Below are positions 11,750-23,234 of a DNA stretch of 64,000 nt, piece by piece; position 1 is the first letter of the stretch; each line of letters begins with the position of its first letter. The DNA is from Gekko japonicus (Eukaryota). The DNA is taken from positions 37,272 to 101,271 of the forward strand of contig NW_015163630.1 of the NCBI RefSeq assembly GCF_001447785.1, read 5' to 3'. The translations under genes and the position numbers were made by a program. Below the pieces are notes generated by a model, which was not told the DNA's origin, made no database searches, and saw nothing but the letters and a program-made list of their open reading frames with translations.

Positions 11750-11930
11750 ATAAAGTGCTGTCAAGTCACAGCCAACTTATAGTGACCCCTTTAGGGTTTT
11801 CAAGGCAAGAGATGTTCAGACGCGGTTTGCCATTGCCTGCCTCTGCCTAGCAAGTACTGACCACGGCTGACTCTGCTTAGCTTCCAAGATCTGATAAGAT
11901 CGGGCTCGCCTGGGCCATCCAGGTCAGGGT
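11750..11930 (-). mobile_element. 5S rRNA-derived SINE with an RTE/BovB-like (Sauria-type) tail
   Basis: Minus-strand head GCCCGATCTTATCAGATCTTGGAAGCTAAGCAGAGTCAGCCGTGGTCAGTACTTG is 5S-like; tail GGCAATGGCAAACC...CTTGCCTTGAAAACCC. Confidence 0.75.
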
Positions 11931-11977
11931 GTTCCTATCTGTGTAGCCGTTCAAAACTGATTCCACACATGCCCGTC

Positions 11978-12402
11978 CAGGGGTCGTTTCGTAGAAAAAG
12001 AGCTAGGGGAACTCATTAGCATCTCAGCATATGCCACACCCCCTGACATCACCGGAAGTGTGTCATAAGGCCACACACCCCGCCCCCAACGGTGCCGGCC
12101 GCCGGTGCCGGCCTTGCAGCTCCACTGCCGAGCCCCATGAGGGGCCCGGTGGTGAACCTGCAAGGCCGGCGGGAGTGCAAGGAAGCCCCGCAAAGGCCCT
12201 CCCTGGCCCCAGGCAGGCAGGGGTGGGGAGAGGCAGGGAGGAAGCAACTTACCCTCCCTCTTCTCCTGCCTCCTCCTGGCTGAATGAGGGCCGGAAGCGG
12301 GGCGGCCGGAAGCAGGGGGCGGGGCTTCGTCATGTGCCCCACCCCCCGTACCTTACCCGGGGGAACTGCGATCCCCCGCGATCCCCCCCGAAATGACCTC
12401 TG
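11978..12402 (+). mobile_element. hAT MITE family C, copy 1 (GC-rich)
   Basis: TIRs CAGGGGTCGTTTCG / CGAAATGACCTCTG; TSD TGCCCGTC / TGCCCATC; homologous to 43501-43845. Confidence 0.85.
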
Positions 12403-12520
12403 TGCCCATCTGATCTGGAGGCACTAACGTCTCATGACTAGTTGACATAAATAGCACACTTCATTTATTTGGAATATTTATAGAGCCTACCTTTCTACTG
12501 ACACAGTCAGGAATCAGGAC

Positions 12521-12725
12521 CAATGCTACCTCTGAGCTGTGGAGTCTTGTGAGCAAAAATTCTACTTAGTGAGCTACTGGCATTAAAGTTGTGAGTGAGC
12601 TGATTTAGCTACTGCATAACTTAGTTTGCTCTGGAGCCCTCCTTCCTGAGCTGAGACAGAAATGTGTGAGCCGGAGGCTAAAAAACTGAGCTAACTCACA
12701 CTAACTCAGCCTAGAGGAAAAACTG
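12521..12725 (-). mobile_element. hAT MITE family A, copy 2
   Basis: Homologous to 9932-10137; TSD ATCAGGAC / GTCAGGAC. Confidence 0.85.
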
Positions 12726-12797
12726 GTCAGGACCCAAGGTGGACAATAACAACAAATGCTATACAACAATAATTATCTATTAAGATAGACATTAAGA

Positions 12798-12917
12798 CAG
12801 GCCCCACTGGTGGACCTCCTGATGGCACTGGTATTTCTGGCCACTGTGTGATACAGAGTGTTGGACTGGATGGGCCTTTGGCCTCATCCAACATTGGCAT
12901 CTCTTATGTTCTTATGA
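12798..12917 (+). mobile_element. CR1 3' UTR fragment
   Basis: GTGTTGGACTGGATGGGCC...(TTCTTATG)n tail. Related pieces at 28247-28367 (+), 41033-41210 (-) and 44846-45090 (-). Confidence 0.7.
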
Positions 12918-13550
12918 TAATTACACATTCACCAGACAAGGCAGAGCCTACGTCTGTAACCTTCAAGCTGCCCCATAAACTCTCTGAAATAGCAATTACA
13001 GCTAGGGGTGCCTCAAATTTTGCATCAGAATTGTTCAACAGTCAAGCTACCATGTTCAACTGTGAGTATCACGTGGGAATCAACCCCCACGGGGATTGTA
13101 CACTTGTACTAACTACCCTAAGATAAACAACTTCAGCACAAAACAATGGGAATTCCTGCCATACAGGTTTGCACTGGTTGTTCTTTTTCAAAACTATGCA
13201 TGTGCCAAAAAGCTGCTAATCCAAACAGACTGGCAGCCATTCATGTTGCTAAGGGGTACTCAGACAAACACTGAATAGCAGGACTTTTTGAAAACAACAA
13301 TGTTTATTTATGATTGGTTTATAAGATTACTGACTGATTTAACAGTATGTTTAAACAATTGCCTGCTGAGCAGAGCAGCAAGGAATGGGAGAGTGGAACT
13401 TAAACAAGCTGTAGGAGAACGTGTGAAAACCCAGTTGCTCTGTTAGAAAGCACTGAGGTGAAGTAACCTGCCAAATAGCCATGATGATCAATCTGTTGAA
13501 AAATCAGCTCCCTATTTGCAATTTATGAACAGGATGCAAGCTTAATAAAG

Positions 13551-13630
13551 TTTGAGTCCAGTGGCACCTTTAAGACCAACAAAGTTTTATTCTGGGTATA
13601 AGCTTTCATGTGCTCACACACTTCTTCAAA
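13551..13630. mobile_element. Penelope-like terminal remnant
   Basis: GAGTCCAGTGGCACCTTTAAGACCAACAAAG...AAGCTTTC, homologous to 54298-54436. Confidence 0.6.
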
Positions 13631-15444
13631 ATGTGACGGATGTGAGCTTGTGTTTGAACACTTCTACTTACAGCCTCAGTGGAAGGCACTGATGGTAGGA
13701 TTTTCTACAGCCGTGGGGCAGAAACAGAAAAGGCCCAGGCCAACACTCTCAAGAGTGTTGCTAAGAGAACAATTGCTGCACAGGTTCATATTAGGAAAGA
13801 CTGTCCTACTAGGACCAAATAGAATAAATGCTCTACCATTTCCCTCAACAATCTCTAAGTGAAAATAGTCAAGCAAAGCTGCACATGGGAATCCCTTCCA
13901 TGATTTGCTTCTGCAGAAAAAGAGCTGCTCCCTCCCCAAATAAACTCAGATAACTGTCTGTTGCTCATTAACTGAGTCACTGGAATACAAAACAGAGTTG
14001 TCATTTTCTGCTCATTTGGCAGGACAAGAAAAGGTGAAGCCCAAAGGTACTCAAAGTAATTTTTTAATCTTTCTGCACCTGAAAGAGAGAGCAAAGATCC
14101 ACCCATTTTAGAGGAGCTCCTTCAGCTGCCAGAATGACTAGGAGTTTGGAAGAAGAAAAAAGATTTAATGTGGAAAAAAGTCAGGGTGGGAATGACCTTC
14201 TGCACTGATTGACTTTAGCTGAATGTAAATGAAGGGCAGTAAATCAGGTGACACGCAGGCCCCACAGTGAATCATACTGTTCCCTTCAATCCCATCAACA
14301 GGGGGAGGCATAAATCCTCCCAGTTCATGCCAGGCCATGAGCAGTCCTTTAAATTTCCAATTAAAGATATACTGTCCTTTGCCTGGTGCTCACTTGAGAG
14401 GCTGTATATTAATATGATAATAGGCAACCAAGGAACACACCATGGTGGTCTCACCTTCTCTGGAATATTGATCTCCAGGCTTCCATCAACAAGGACTCTA
14501 GTAAGTCCAGGTTCTTCAATCAGATTCAAGCAACATCAAACCATTACTTATTCCAGTGTATCTTATGGCTGTATTGCAAGCACCTTGAGATTTCACACAT
14601 CTTTGCAATGGGAGAATGAGGCGAAAAATGTATCCATTTTTCACAAATAAGCACATCACTGGAAAGTGGCTAGACTTTTCAACAACCAGTGCCATGCTCT
14701 GTGCGGTATGAGATGCCACACATTAAGGAAATAAAATGTTTTGCCCTCACGATATTCAGCAATGAGTCTGCTGCACAAATCAGGAAATATAGGGAATAAT
14801 ACAGGTTCCTCCAATTAACTTTCATATGTAAAGGTAGTTAAGAGATGCTTGCATGCTCAGATTCTGATCACTTTCTGATCACCAATCACAAGCAGAGAGT
14901 CAATTTTTCAACAGACTGTTCAGCACAAGGGACACAGGCAGAACCTTGGAAAAGGAGACCAAGAGCCAAATTTCAGCTGACTGAACAGCTGAGAGTCTGC
15001 TGTTGATCACCCACCCACCCCTATTGGGGGGGGGGACAGAAGTGATCGGCTTCTGATCTCCTTACCCCAAGTTTCTTGGACCCAGCAAAACGTTATGATA
15101 GGGTGGAGCGTTCTGTTTCTATTCTCCACAGCCTAAGATGACACAGTGAAAAGCTGGGATTGAACAACAGAAACTGTTGATGCCTATTCTCCCTACCCCA
15201 AGATTCTGAATGGGTCCCAGCATCATGGCATGGGGAGAATAGAAGCCAGTCACTTCTGTTCTCCCCACCCCAAGTTTCTTCCTGCTTCCCAGGCATGCAG
15301 AATCTCAATTCATCCCCCCCCCCGACTTCTCACTGTGGTCCCGCACCAGCTCAGTTGGAAGTTTGTTAGGCAGCTTCTGTTTGGAAAGGGTTTTCATTTT
15401 TCAACATGAGTCCAGCTGATCCAAGGATTAGCTCACCTGTGTTC

Positions 15445-15722
15445 AGTTTGGTGTAGTGGTTAAGTGCGTGGACTCAAATCTGGGAGAACCGGGTTTGATT
15501 CCCCACTCCTCCACTTGCACCTGCTGATGTGACCTTGGGTCAGTCACAAGCTCTGGCACAGCTGTCCTTGAAAAAGAGCAGTTTGTGTCAGAGTTCTCTC
15601 AGCCCCACCCACCTCACAGGGTGTCTGTTGTAGGGAGGGGAAGGGAAAGGAGTTTGTAAGCCGCTCTGAGACTCCGAGTGAAGGGCGGGGTATGAATCCA
15701 ATCTCTTCTTCTCTTCTTCTTC
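15445..15722 (+). mobile_element. tRNA-derived SINE (second subfamily)
   Basis: TGGTGTAGTGG A box, GGTTTGATTCC B box, CCTCACAGGGTGTCTGTTG core, (TCT)n tail. Confidence 0.8.
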
Positions 15723-16630
15723 ATGACATCTGAAAGCCACAGCCAGAGAACTTCACTAGTTTCCAAGGATCCATTCCTAAAGAAAAAAGTTTGGGCAGAA
15801 AGGGTTACTCAACTAATCCACCACATAAACAACAGCTTTAAATGCAGGTAAATTGGGGTTGCCAACCTCCAGGTGGTGGCTGGAGACCTCCCACCATTAC
15901 AACTGATCTTCAGGTGACAGATATCAGTTCCCCTGGAGAAAATGGCTGCTTTGGAAAGTGGACTCTATAGCATTATACCCCATCAGAGTCCCTTTCCTGT
16001 CAAATCATCTATGATATGTCCAATGTCCAGAAAGTGGGGATCAATTGGTGCTTCCCATACCCCCTGTTTAATTCTTGACTGATGTTCAGGGATGTGAACC
16101 TTTACACTTCGAGTGGTACCACTGTGCCCACTTCCTGAACACTGGACATACCATAGATAATTTGAAAATATTTGGATAGAACTACTTGGAAGCAAGTGAC
16201 TACTTGAGAGCAAAAAGCATAAAACAGTTTGTATCTCTTGTCTACAGAAGCACCTTGAAGTTTGTACACTACAACCAAGAATGACAACAGTCTGCTATCT
16301 TTAAAGAAGGACTTTATTGTTGGCACAGCACTTTATTCCTTCCTTCCTTCCTTCGCAGATTAGAGTCTCAGACTATTAAGTGTATATCAGATTACCTGTG
16401 ATTTCCACTACAGTGTGATTGGATTGTACAATATATGAGTTTTGCCTTTACTATGTGAATGTATATTTATATATATGATCTGTTGAGATTGCACTCTTTA
16501 ATATTGTTGAAATATATACATACTTCGTTAATATAACCACAGTTTTTTGTTTGGATTATATAGCTCTATCTCCATGCTTCTCTCCTATATTGTATTGCAA
16601 TTGTCTTCTGCAATTATCATATTGCCCCTT

Positions 16631-16918
16631 CAGGGGTGGACTGGCTATTAAATCACAAGGAAATGTTCGGGTGAGCCATTAACCTAGAGGGCCACTGGTG
16701 GCCAAGAGCAAGCACAGCTAAGCTCTAGCCACTCTGTCCCTCAGGAGCCACTTGGCAGCGACATCTCATCGGCAAAGGTAATTTGCATCAGATCATTAAT
16801 TGCCTCTTTCCATACTGCTACCAATTTGGGGGAGGAAGCCCTTTGTTGGCACTGCAGAGCTGAGTAGTCCCAGCTTGGTTTTGCTCCAGGGACATCTTCA
16901 TTTCCCAGTCTACTCCTG
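16631..16918. mobile_element. Old hAT-like MITE
   Basis: TIRs CAGGGGTGGACTGG / CCAGTCTACTCCTG; partial TSD (..CCCTT). Confidence 0.55.
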
Positions 16919-17003
16919 AATCCCTTACAGACAAAAAAAAAAAGGTCAGGTGGCTGATTTCATGGCAGACCTCACCTATGTACACTCAGTGTACACTGAG
17001 AAC

Positions 17004-17222
17004 CAGGGTGGTATAATGGCTAGAGTTTTGAATTGGGATCTGGGAGACCCAAGTCCAATATACTGCTCTGCCATGGAAGCTCTCTGGGTGACCTTGGGTC
17101 AGTCACACTCTCTCAGCCTAACCTCAGTGTTGTTGTGAGGATAAAATGGAGGAGAGGAGAATGATGTAAACCACTTTGGGTCCCCATTGGGGAGAAAGGT
17201 GGGGTATAAATGAAGTAAATTA
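17004..17222 (+). mobile_element. tRNA-derived SINE
   Basis: Highly similar to 8281-8500. Confidence 0.8.
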
Positions 17223-17449
17223 ATATATAATAAATTCTATAGCAGGCTATGTAAAAAGCCTCTAAGCCTGTACTATCTTATATACATAGGCCTGTTAGTG
17301 CAGTTGGGGAGTCCATGTTTTGCATACATTCAGTTTAGATGTAGGATCTTTCAGGTCTTTTTGTACAATGTACTGAACATGTATGTTAGGGCAGTTGGTC
17401 ACTACAATCCCACTCACCCCCATATCTGTTCAGTCAACCAGCATTTGTA

Positions 17450-18820
17450 ATCTGAAAGGACTTCTGAGTTGGACCATTATGTTACCACCAGTGGCCTGCC
17501 TCATTGTTGGGGGAAATTAGCTATGAGACAGAGGAGGCCAGATAGGTACCAGGGACCACACACCTATATATACCAACGTCCAGTACAGTAGGAAGACTCC
17601 AGATTTGAAGAGTAAATTAAATAGTTTTATTGAATAATTTCCCTAATTACAAGCATACTAAGCATTCAGGAAAATGCTAAGAAAACAGAGGTGATGATAG
17701 AGAATAGTAGGATCAGTTACAGGGGTTATACTACCCATCGAGATGTGCAGAGGTCTGTGAAGAAGATAGCACCAATGGCCAGTGTTCCACGCTATGGAGA
17801 AGGAGGAGACCCAAAGAAGAGACTTGGGGGTGTACTCAAAAATATAGGCACCCTAAGAAGACACACCAAGGTGGGACATGCTGTCTATTTTATAGGAATT
17901 CTGGAAGCCATCTCTGGGGCCAGAACTTGGTGGGATTAATGCCTGTTAATGGCCCTACCAGAGCTGGCTGAATGGATCTGATGACCATCACGAAGGATCA
18001 TTAATAATTGGAATGTTTGAATAGTTCAGTGGTGGCGAACCTATGGCACGGGTGCCAGAGGTGGCACTCAGAGCCCTCTCTGTGGGCACGTGTGCCATCG
18101 CCCTAGCCAGGCCCAGACCATCATTAAAGTGTTGAATTCTCTGCCAAATAATTTTAAGTAAATGAAAGCATTTGGGATTGCTTTTCCTTACTTTGTTTGG
18201 ATCATCTTAAGTTAATGTATGAGTTGTTTTTTCTAAAGTAAAACCTCCGTATTCAGGTTAAATTGCCATGTTGGCACTTTGCGATAAATAAGTGGGTTTT
18301 GGGTCGCAGTTTGGGCACTTGGTCTTTAAAAGGTTCGCCATCACTGGAATAGTTTATCTTGGTATCCTGCAGGAGGGGTCAGGAACAACAGGTGGGGAAA
18401 TAAAGGATTTCCACATAGACATAGGTATCACACAAAAGGGCTATGTGAAGGTTTGGAGACAGAGGAGCTATTCGCCAGGTGGCTACTGAATAGCTATAGA
18501 AATGTAGATACTTTACCTGGTAGAACTCGCTATTGTTTCATATGCACACCTTTGCTGGGTGGGGGAGGGGAGACTATAGAGATTGCTTTGAGGACTACCT
18601 TGTGCAACCTGTACTGGGAACCATTTTTCAGAGCTTTGACTAGCTCTGTGGCTCAGGCTAAGAGTGCCCTCCTTGGCCTGATTTTGTGCATCTCTGGCTC
18701 AGGTCAGAAGTCGGGTGCACTGCTATTAGGACTACCCACGAGTAAGGCAGTGCCTCTGGGCTACAATTATTCCTTCTGTCCTTGTGCTGTCTACTCAGTT
18801 AGTGAATCTCCAAGACTACA
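17450..18820 (-). mobile_element. Probable ERV-type solo LTR (boundaries approximate)
   Basis: Minus strand begins TGTAGT, with TATAAAA near 17890 and AATAAA near 17630; no TSD identified. Confidence 0.4.
18027..18346 (+). mobile_element. hAT-Charlie non-autonomous element
   Basis: TIRs CAGTGGTGGCGAACCT / AGGTTCGCCATCACTG; perfect 8-bp TSD GAATAGTT. Confidence 0.9.
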
Positions 18821-19644
18821 GTCTGAGAGTCACTTCCAGCCCTGCCATTAGATAGCCTTTTAATGATATTATGAACAAAGTAAACAGTTTAACTGGAAAT
18901 GCCATGAACTGAAACGAGGACCTTCTGCATGCATACACCTGCTCTTCCCTTCCAGCATCAGATTTGTTGAAAAAGCTACATACTACAAGGGAAATAGGGG
19001 TGGGAGAAGTACACAAAAGAGTTAGTAATAAGACTTATTCAAAAAATCCTTTCCAAGTGCAAATATCAGACCAAACCTCAATCAGACCATTTTTTCTGTA
19101 TGAGGGTAAGGCATTAGAGCTGCTTTCAACCAGGTAACAGGTGGTTGCCATCATGTCTTGAATTAATATTTTGAAATGGGGTGGGAAATGCTGGGAAGAC
19201 ACTGTTTGTGGTAACTTGTCAAGAGCCGGATCCTGTGCACAGTGGTGCATGAGCACAACCAGCTGGCCACAGAAAGGGAACTAGCTTATGCAAAATTTCC
19301 AAGCACATTTCCCATGGTTATGGCATTCCCATTGCTCTGTGGATTAGCAGACAGATGGAATCAGGCAACAACAGACATATCACCACACCCACCCATGTCA
19401 TTTCCATCCCCATGACTAAGGGTGTAGACTTTCCAATTTCCCGGGGGGGGGGGGCTGGGGCTGGGCCAGAGGCATTGCTTTGCTAGGAGCAAGGTTGACT
19501 CCCGGGGGAGGCTGAGCACCTTCCTGAAAATTTCGGCAGGGGCTGACGCCCCGCCGCCCCCACGAAGATTACGCCTATGATTCAAATTCAAGAACTGACA
19601 TCAGCACCAGCCTTCAAACAGAACTATTCCAACAGTGTGCTATT

Positions 19645-19850
19645 CAGTGTTCCCTCTAAGCTGAGTTAGTGTGAGCTAGCTCACAGTTTTTTAGCCTCTG
19701 GCTCACACATTTTTGTCTTAGCTCAGGAAGGATGGCTCCAGAGCAAACTAATTTATGCAGTAGCCAAATTGTTCACTCACAACTTTAATTCCAGTAGCTC
19801 ACAAAGTAGAATTTTTGCTCACAAGACTCCACAGCTTAGAGGGAACATTG
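19645..19850 (+). mobile_element. hAT MITE family A, copy 3
   Basis: TIRs CAGTGTTCCCTCTAAGCTG / CAGCTTAGAGGGAACATTG; no clear TSD. Confidence 0.85.
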
Positions 19851-22800
19851 GTTCCTGTCACAAGGAGGCATCTGGCTTTCAAGCAGCTACCTTTCTGTTT
19901 AGTTACACAGTATAGCTTAATTGCTCCTTTAACTCCGTACTTGTCTATTGGGAGGACAGAGTCAAGTGTGTGGAATTTGATTTGGGTTCCCATGTCCCAA
20001 ACCAGGAGGCACTGGATGCTTTGGAAAAGTAAGATCCAGTTTCTAACAGACACCAGGTGCCAAGTCTTAACTGTAGGCCATACCCATTTCCAGCTTTAAT
20101 TTTAAAAAAAATGGAGCAAAAATTCCTCTTCCAGACCTAGCATACAGATGCAACAAAACAAGATAAAGTACTGCAGAAAGCTTTTTTTAAGCAAAAACAA
20201 AAAGTGCAGGAGATTTTTAGAAATCAGGCAGTTAGTTGAAGCAAAAGTTGTTCCCCTGCATCAGCAAGAAGAGAATTTTCTAAGCAACACTTTACAATAA
20301 AGCAGACTTAATGAGCACCACACAGTTCTGTAAATCCTGTAGAATTGCATATTGAAAAGCTGCATTCACACCCAAGGAGCCCATCAGGATGGGTATTGTT
20401 AGCATGAATGCTAAAAGAATTGCAAAAATGATGTGCTGGCATATCGTCAAGTACTTCCGATTTTCTCCATCCTGCCACCTGTGTCATTTGAAAGATGTGG
20501 AACAGCGGAGGTCCGATCTTGGGACTTCTGAAAGGCAGGACATGTGGAAATCATCCTGCAACACATTTCCCCATATGCTTAGGGTAAGCTCATGGAAATC
20601 AGACTTTATTGGATATTATCAAATCAGTAAAAAATTCACAGCTTCTCTGTGGTTTCTTACTTATCTGTATAGTCATAGGTTCATTGTTGTATCACAGCAG
20701 GCATTTTCAAGAAGGGAGAAGAGGGTTTTTTTATTGCACAGGTGTGAATATTATGGGGGCGGGAGATAATATTTCGCTATATTTCATACAGGATCCAAGC
20801 AGAAAGCACAGCTTACGGGGACTTGTGCAGTTCAACAGAAAGCCCGGGGGGAGAGGGGCTTGAAGACTCGAAGACCTATCTAGTGCTTCAGCTACTATGG
20901 TCAAGCCCAGGCAAGTTTTCTGATCCAACTATACAATGGCCAACTTGTTTTCCTAAATACATCTATATCCGTACATCCTGATTTATATTAGATGAAAGCT
21001 ACATATAAGAGTTCTTTGTGTATTTAAATATGGTTATTATATCTGCTGGCCCATTCGCATGTAACATTAGCATGCCTGCATCTGATAGTTCTGGTGGGTG
21101 CCCAGCTGGCATGCTAACATCGCTCACAAATGTTATGCTCATAGAAAGCGCATTTAAACACATGGGGTGTTTTCTTTATCTATGACCCACAACTGCTGTA
21201 CATCAGATCTGACACTGGGGTGGGGATGGAGAAAGACTTAGGCTGTTATCAGAATTTGGACTGTCACAAACAAATGGAAACCGGATTTTTTAAAGAAAAA
21301 AATCTGCATCCTCGGATTTCCAAGATTTGTTACCAAATTGTAGCCTCTCCTATTTCAAAACACTAGAATAGGCAAGTAGTCTTTTTTGGTGGCTGCTGAT
21401 CACCCGTGGTTTCATAGTCCTTTTCCTTCTTTTTTTTAACCATTTTCTCCCAATGTCCTGCTTGTTGCCCAGTGTCTTCCAGCGACTTCACGCTCCTCAG
21501 CTCCTTCCTTCACTTCCTATAGTTCCTGAACAACAGAAGCACCTCACCAAGATAACTTTAACAAGGAAATAAGCTAGGAGAATGCTTGACTCTTCCCCAT
21601 AAAATGCTACTCTTGCAACTGCCTAGGGTTACATTAATAGAACATCCCACCCATTTAGCATCCTAGTAAAACAACAACAAAAAATCTTTCCCTCCAAGCA
21701 CCAAGGTCGAGGATGGAAAGCAAACAGAACCATAAAACCCCATTCTAAGCAACAATGTGACAAACAGTTACCAAACCAGTTCAAAGCCTTTATCTTCATG
21801 AGCACAAACATCCAACCAGAAAAAAACTGCCCAAGAATATGGCCTCAAGAGTATAACCACTCCAACTTTCAGAATAAACTCCTGAGTGGCTCTTAGACTC
21901 TGCTTCACAAAGGTTTCCGACTGTTGGTTGGGGTTTATAATAGGCCTGATTTATTGTTGTCAGCATGGGACCTGATTCAAAAGCTCAATCACCGTGACTC
22001 CCCATGGTGGGGTTTGCGTCCTGGAACAGGCCTTGGAATTGGAGAGGAATTTACCTCCTGCTGCAGAACATTACATAACAATCAACAGAAAACAAGCGGA
22101 GAGCAGCGGGTGGTCCCGTCATTAGCCTGCACAGTCATGTTAATGGAGATGGTACACACACTCATCTATCTGTACTTATTATGGAGCTTGCCAGCCTGAA
22201 GGATTATACAGAAACGGGAGGCTGGAGGACAGCAGTAACATATGGGCAAACAGCTTCCAAATTAAAGAGTAACAACTGGCAATTGGCCCTCTCATAGCTG
22301 ATATCCCCAGGTTCTCTCAATACTGCATGTTCCAGGACATGATCCAGTATACCTCTTGTATTATATGCAAACTCTATATGTTTGCTCGTCCTTAAATTGT
22401 CGATACACTACTACACACCAACTCAGCAATAGGTCACTGCCATATGACAACTTACTGCCCAATACATAAATATACTAGTCATGTGCCCAACCTCAAATGT
22501 ACCATATATATTTAGATCCTGCAACATTCCTGTACCATATTATTCCTTCCTTAGAGACCAATGGCCTGACTTCACTTATCATAGACTAGTTAAGCCTCAG
22601 TGGCCCTTGCTTACACATCAGCTAACTTCTCTTCTTCCTCCACCTGCTGGACACAATTTTTATTTTCTGTATTTGAAGGGAAGATATTTTATGCCCTGGA
22701 GACACGCTAGCCCAGTGGTCTGTGCATGTTCTCTGTGTTATTTCTTTACAATAATGGCTCAGTAGGACACACTGTGATTCCCATCTAGGTCTATATGAAA

Positions 22801-23234
22801 TGTGACAAGGAACAAGACACTGAGATCATTGTCATGCCCTGGAAGTTCAAGATGCTATGAAACACACCAGGAAGTTCATGGGGTTCTGACAGACCCTTGT
22901 TTCCACAAAGAACCGAGTGGTAGAATGCACCAAGAGGTCAAAGAGAGAGCAGAGCTGTTTTTCCATAGGGAGGGCAAGATGGATAGCTTTTGTAAAACAT
23001 ATCTGGGTATTGAGATGTGTGGGACATGCACCCTAAGTTAATTGGGAGATTGGGGTTCACCTTCCCAAGTTGAATCGAGTTCCCTAAAAACAGATTGGGT
23101 AGAGTAGAGGTTTCCCACCAGCAAAGGCAGGAAGGGTTAAAAGATTGGTAACATCCATTAGTCTTTATTCAAATAATGGAGGATGGATTCCCTGCATGCA
23201 GCGGGGGGGGGGATTGTTCCATGGACATCTGTGG

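Noticed and set aside
11951-12396. Several GC-rich overlapping ORFs and an apparent CpG island (also 26717-27373, 28412-29085, 43539-44066)
   Set aside because: All lie within or largely overlap TSD-flanked MITEs; the open frames reflect GC content, not genes or promoters
14267-14719. Overlapping ORFs of 67-127 aa in unique sequence
   Set aside because: No recognisable domain in the translations examined and no convincing splice structure
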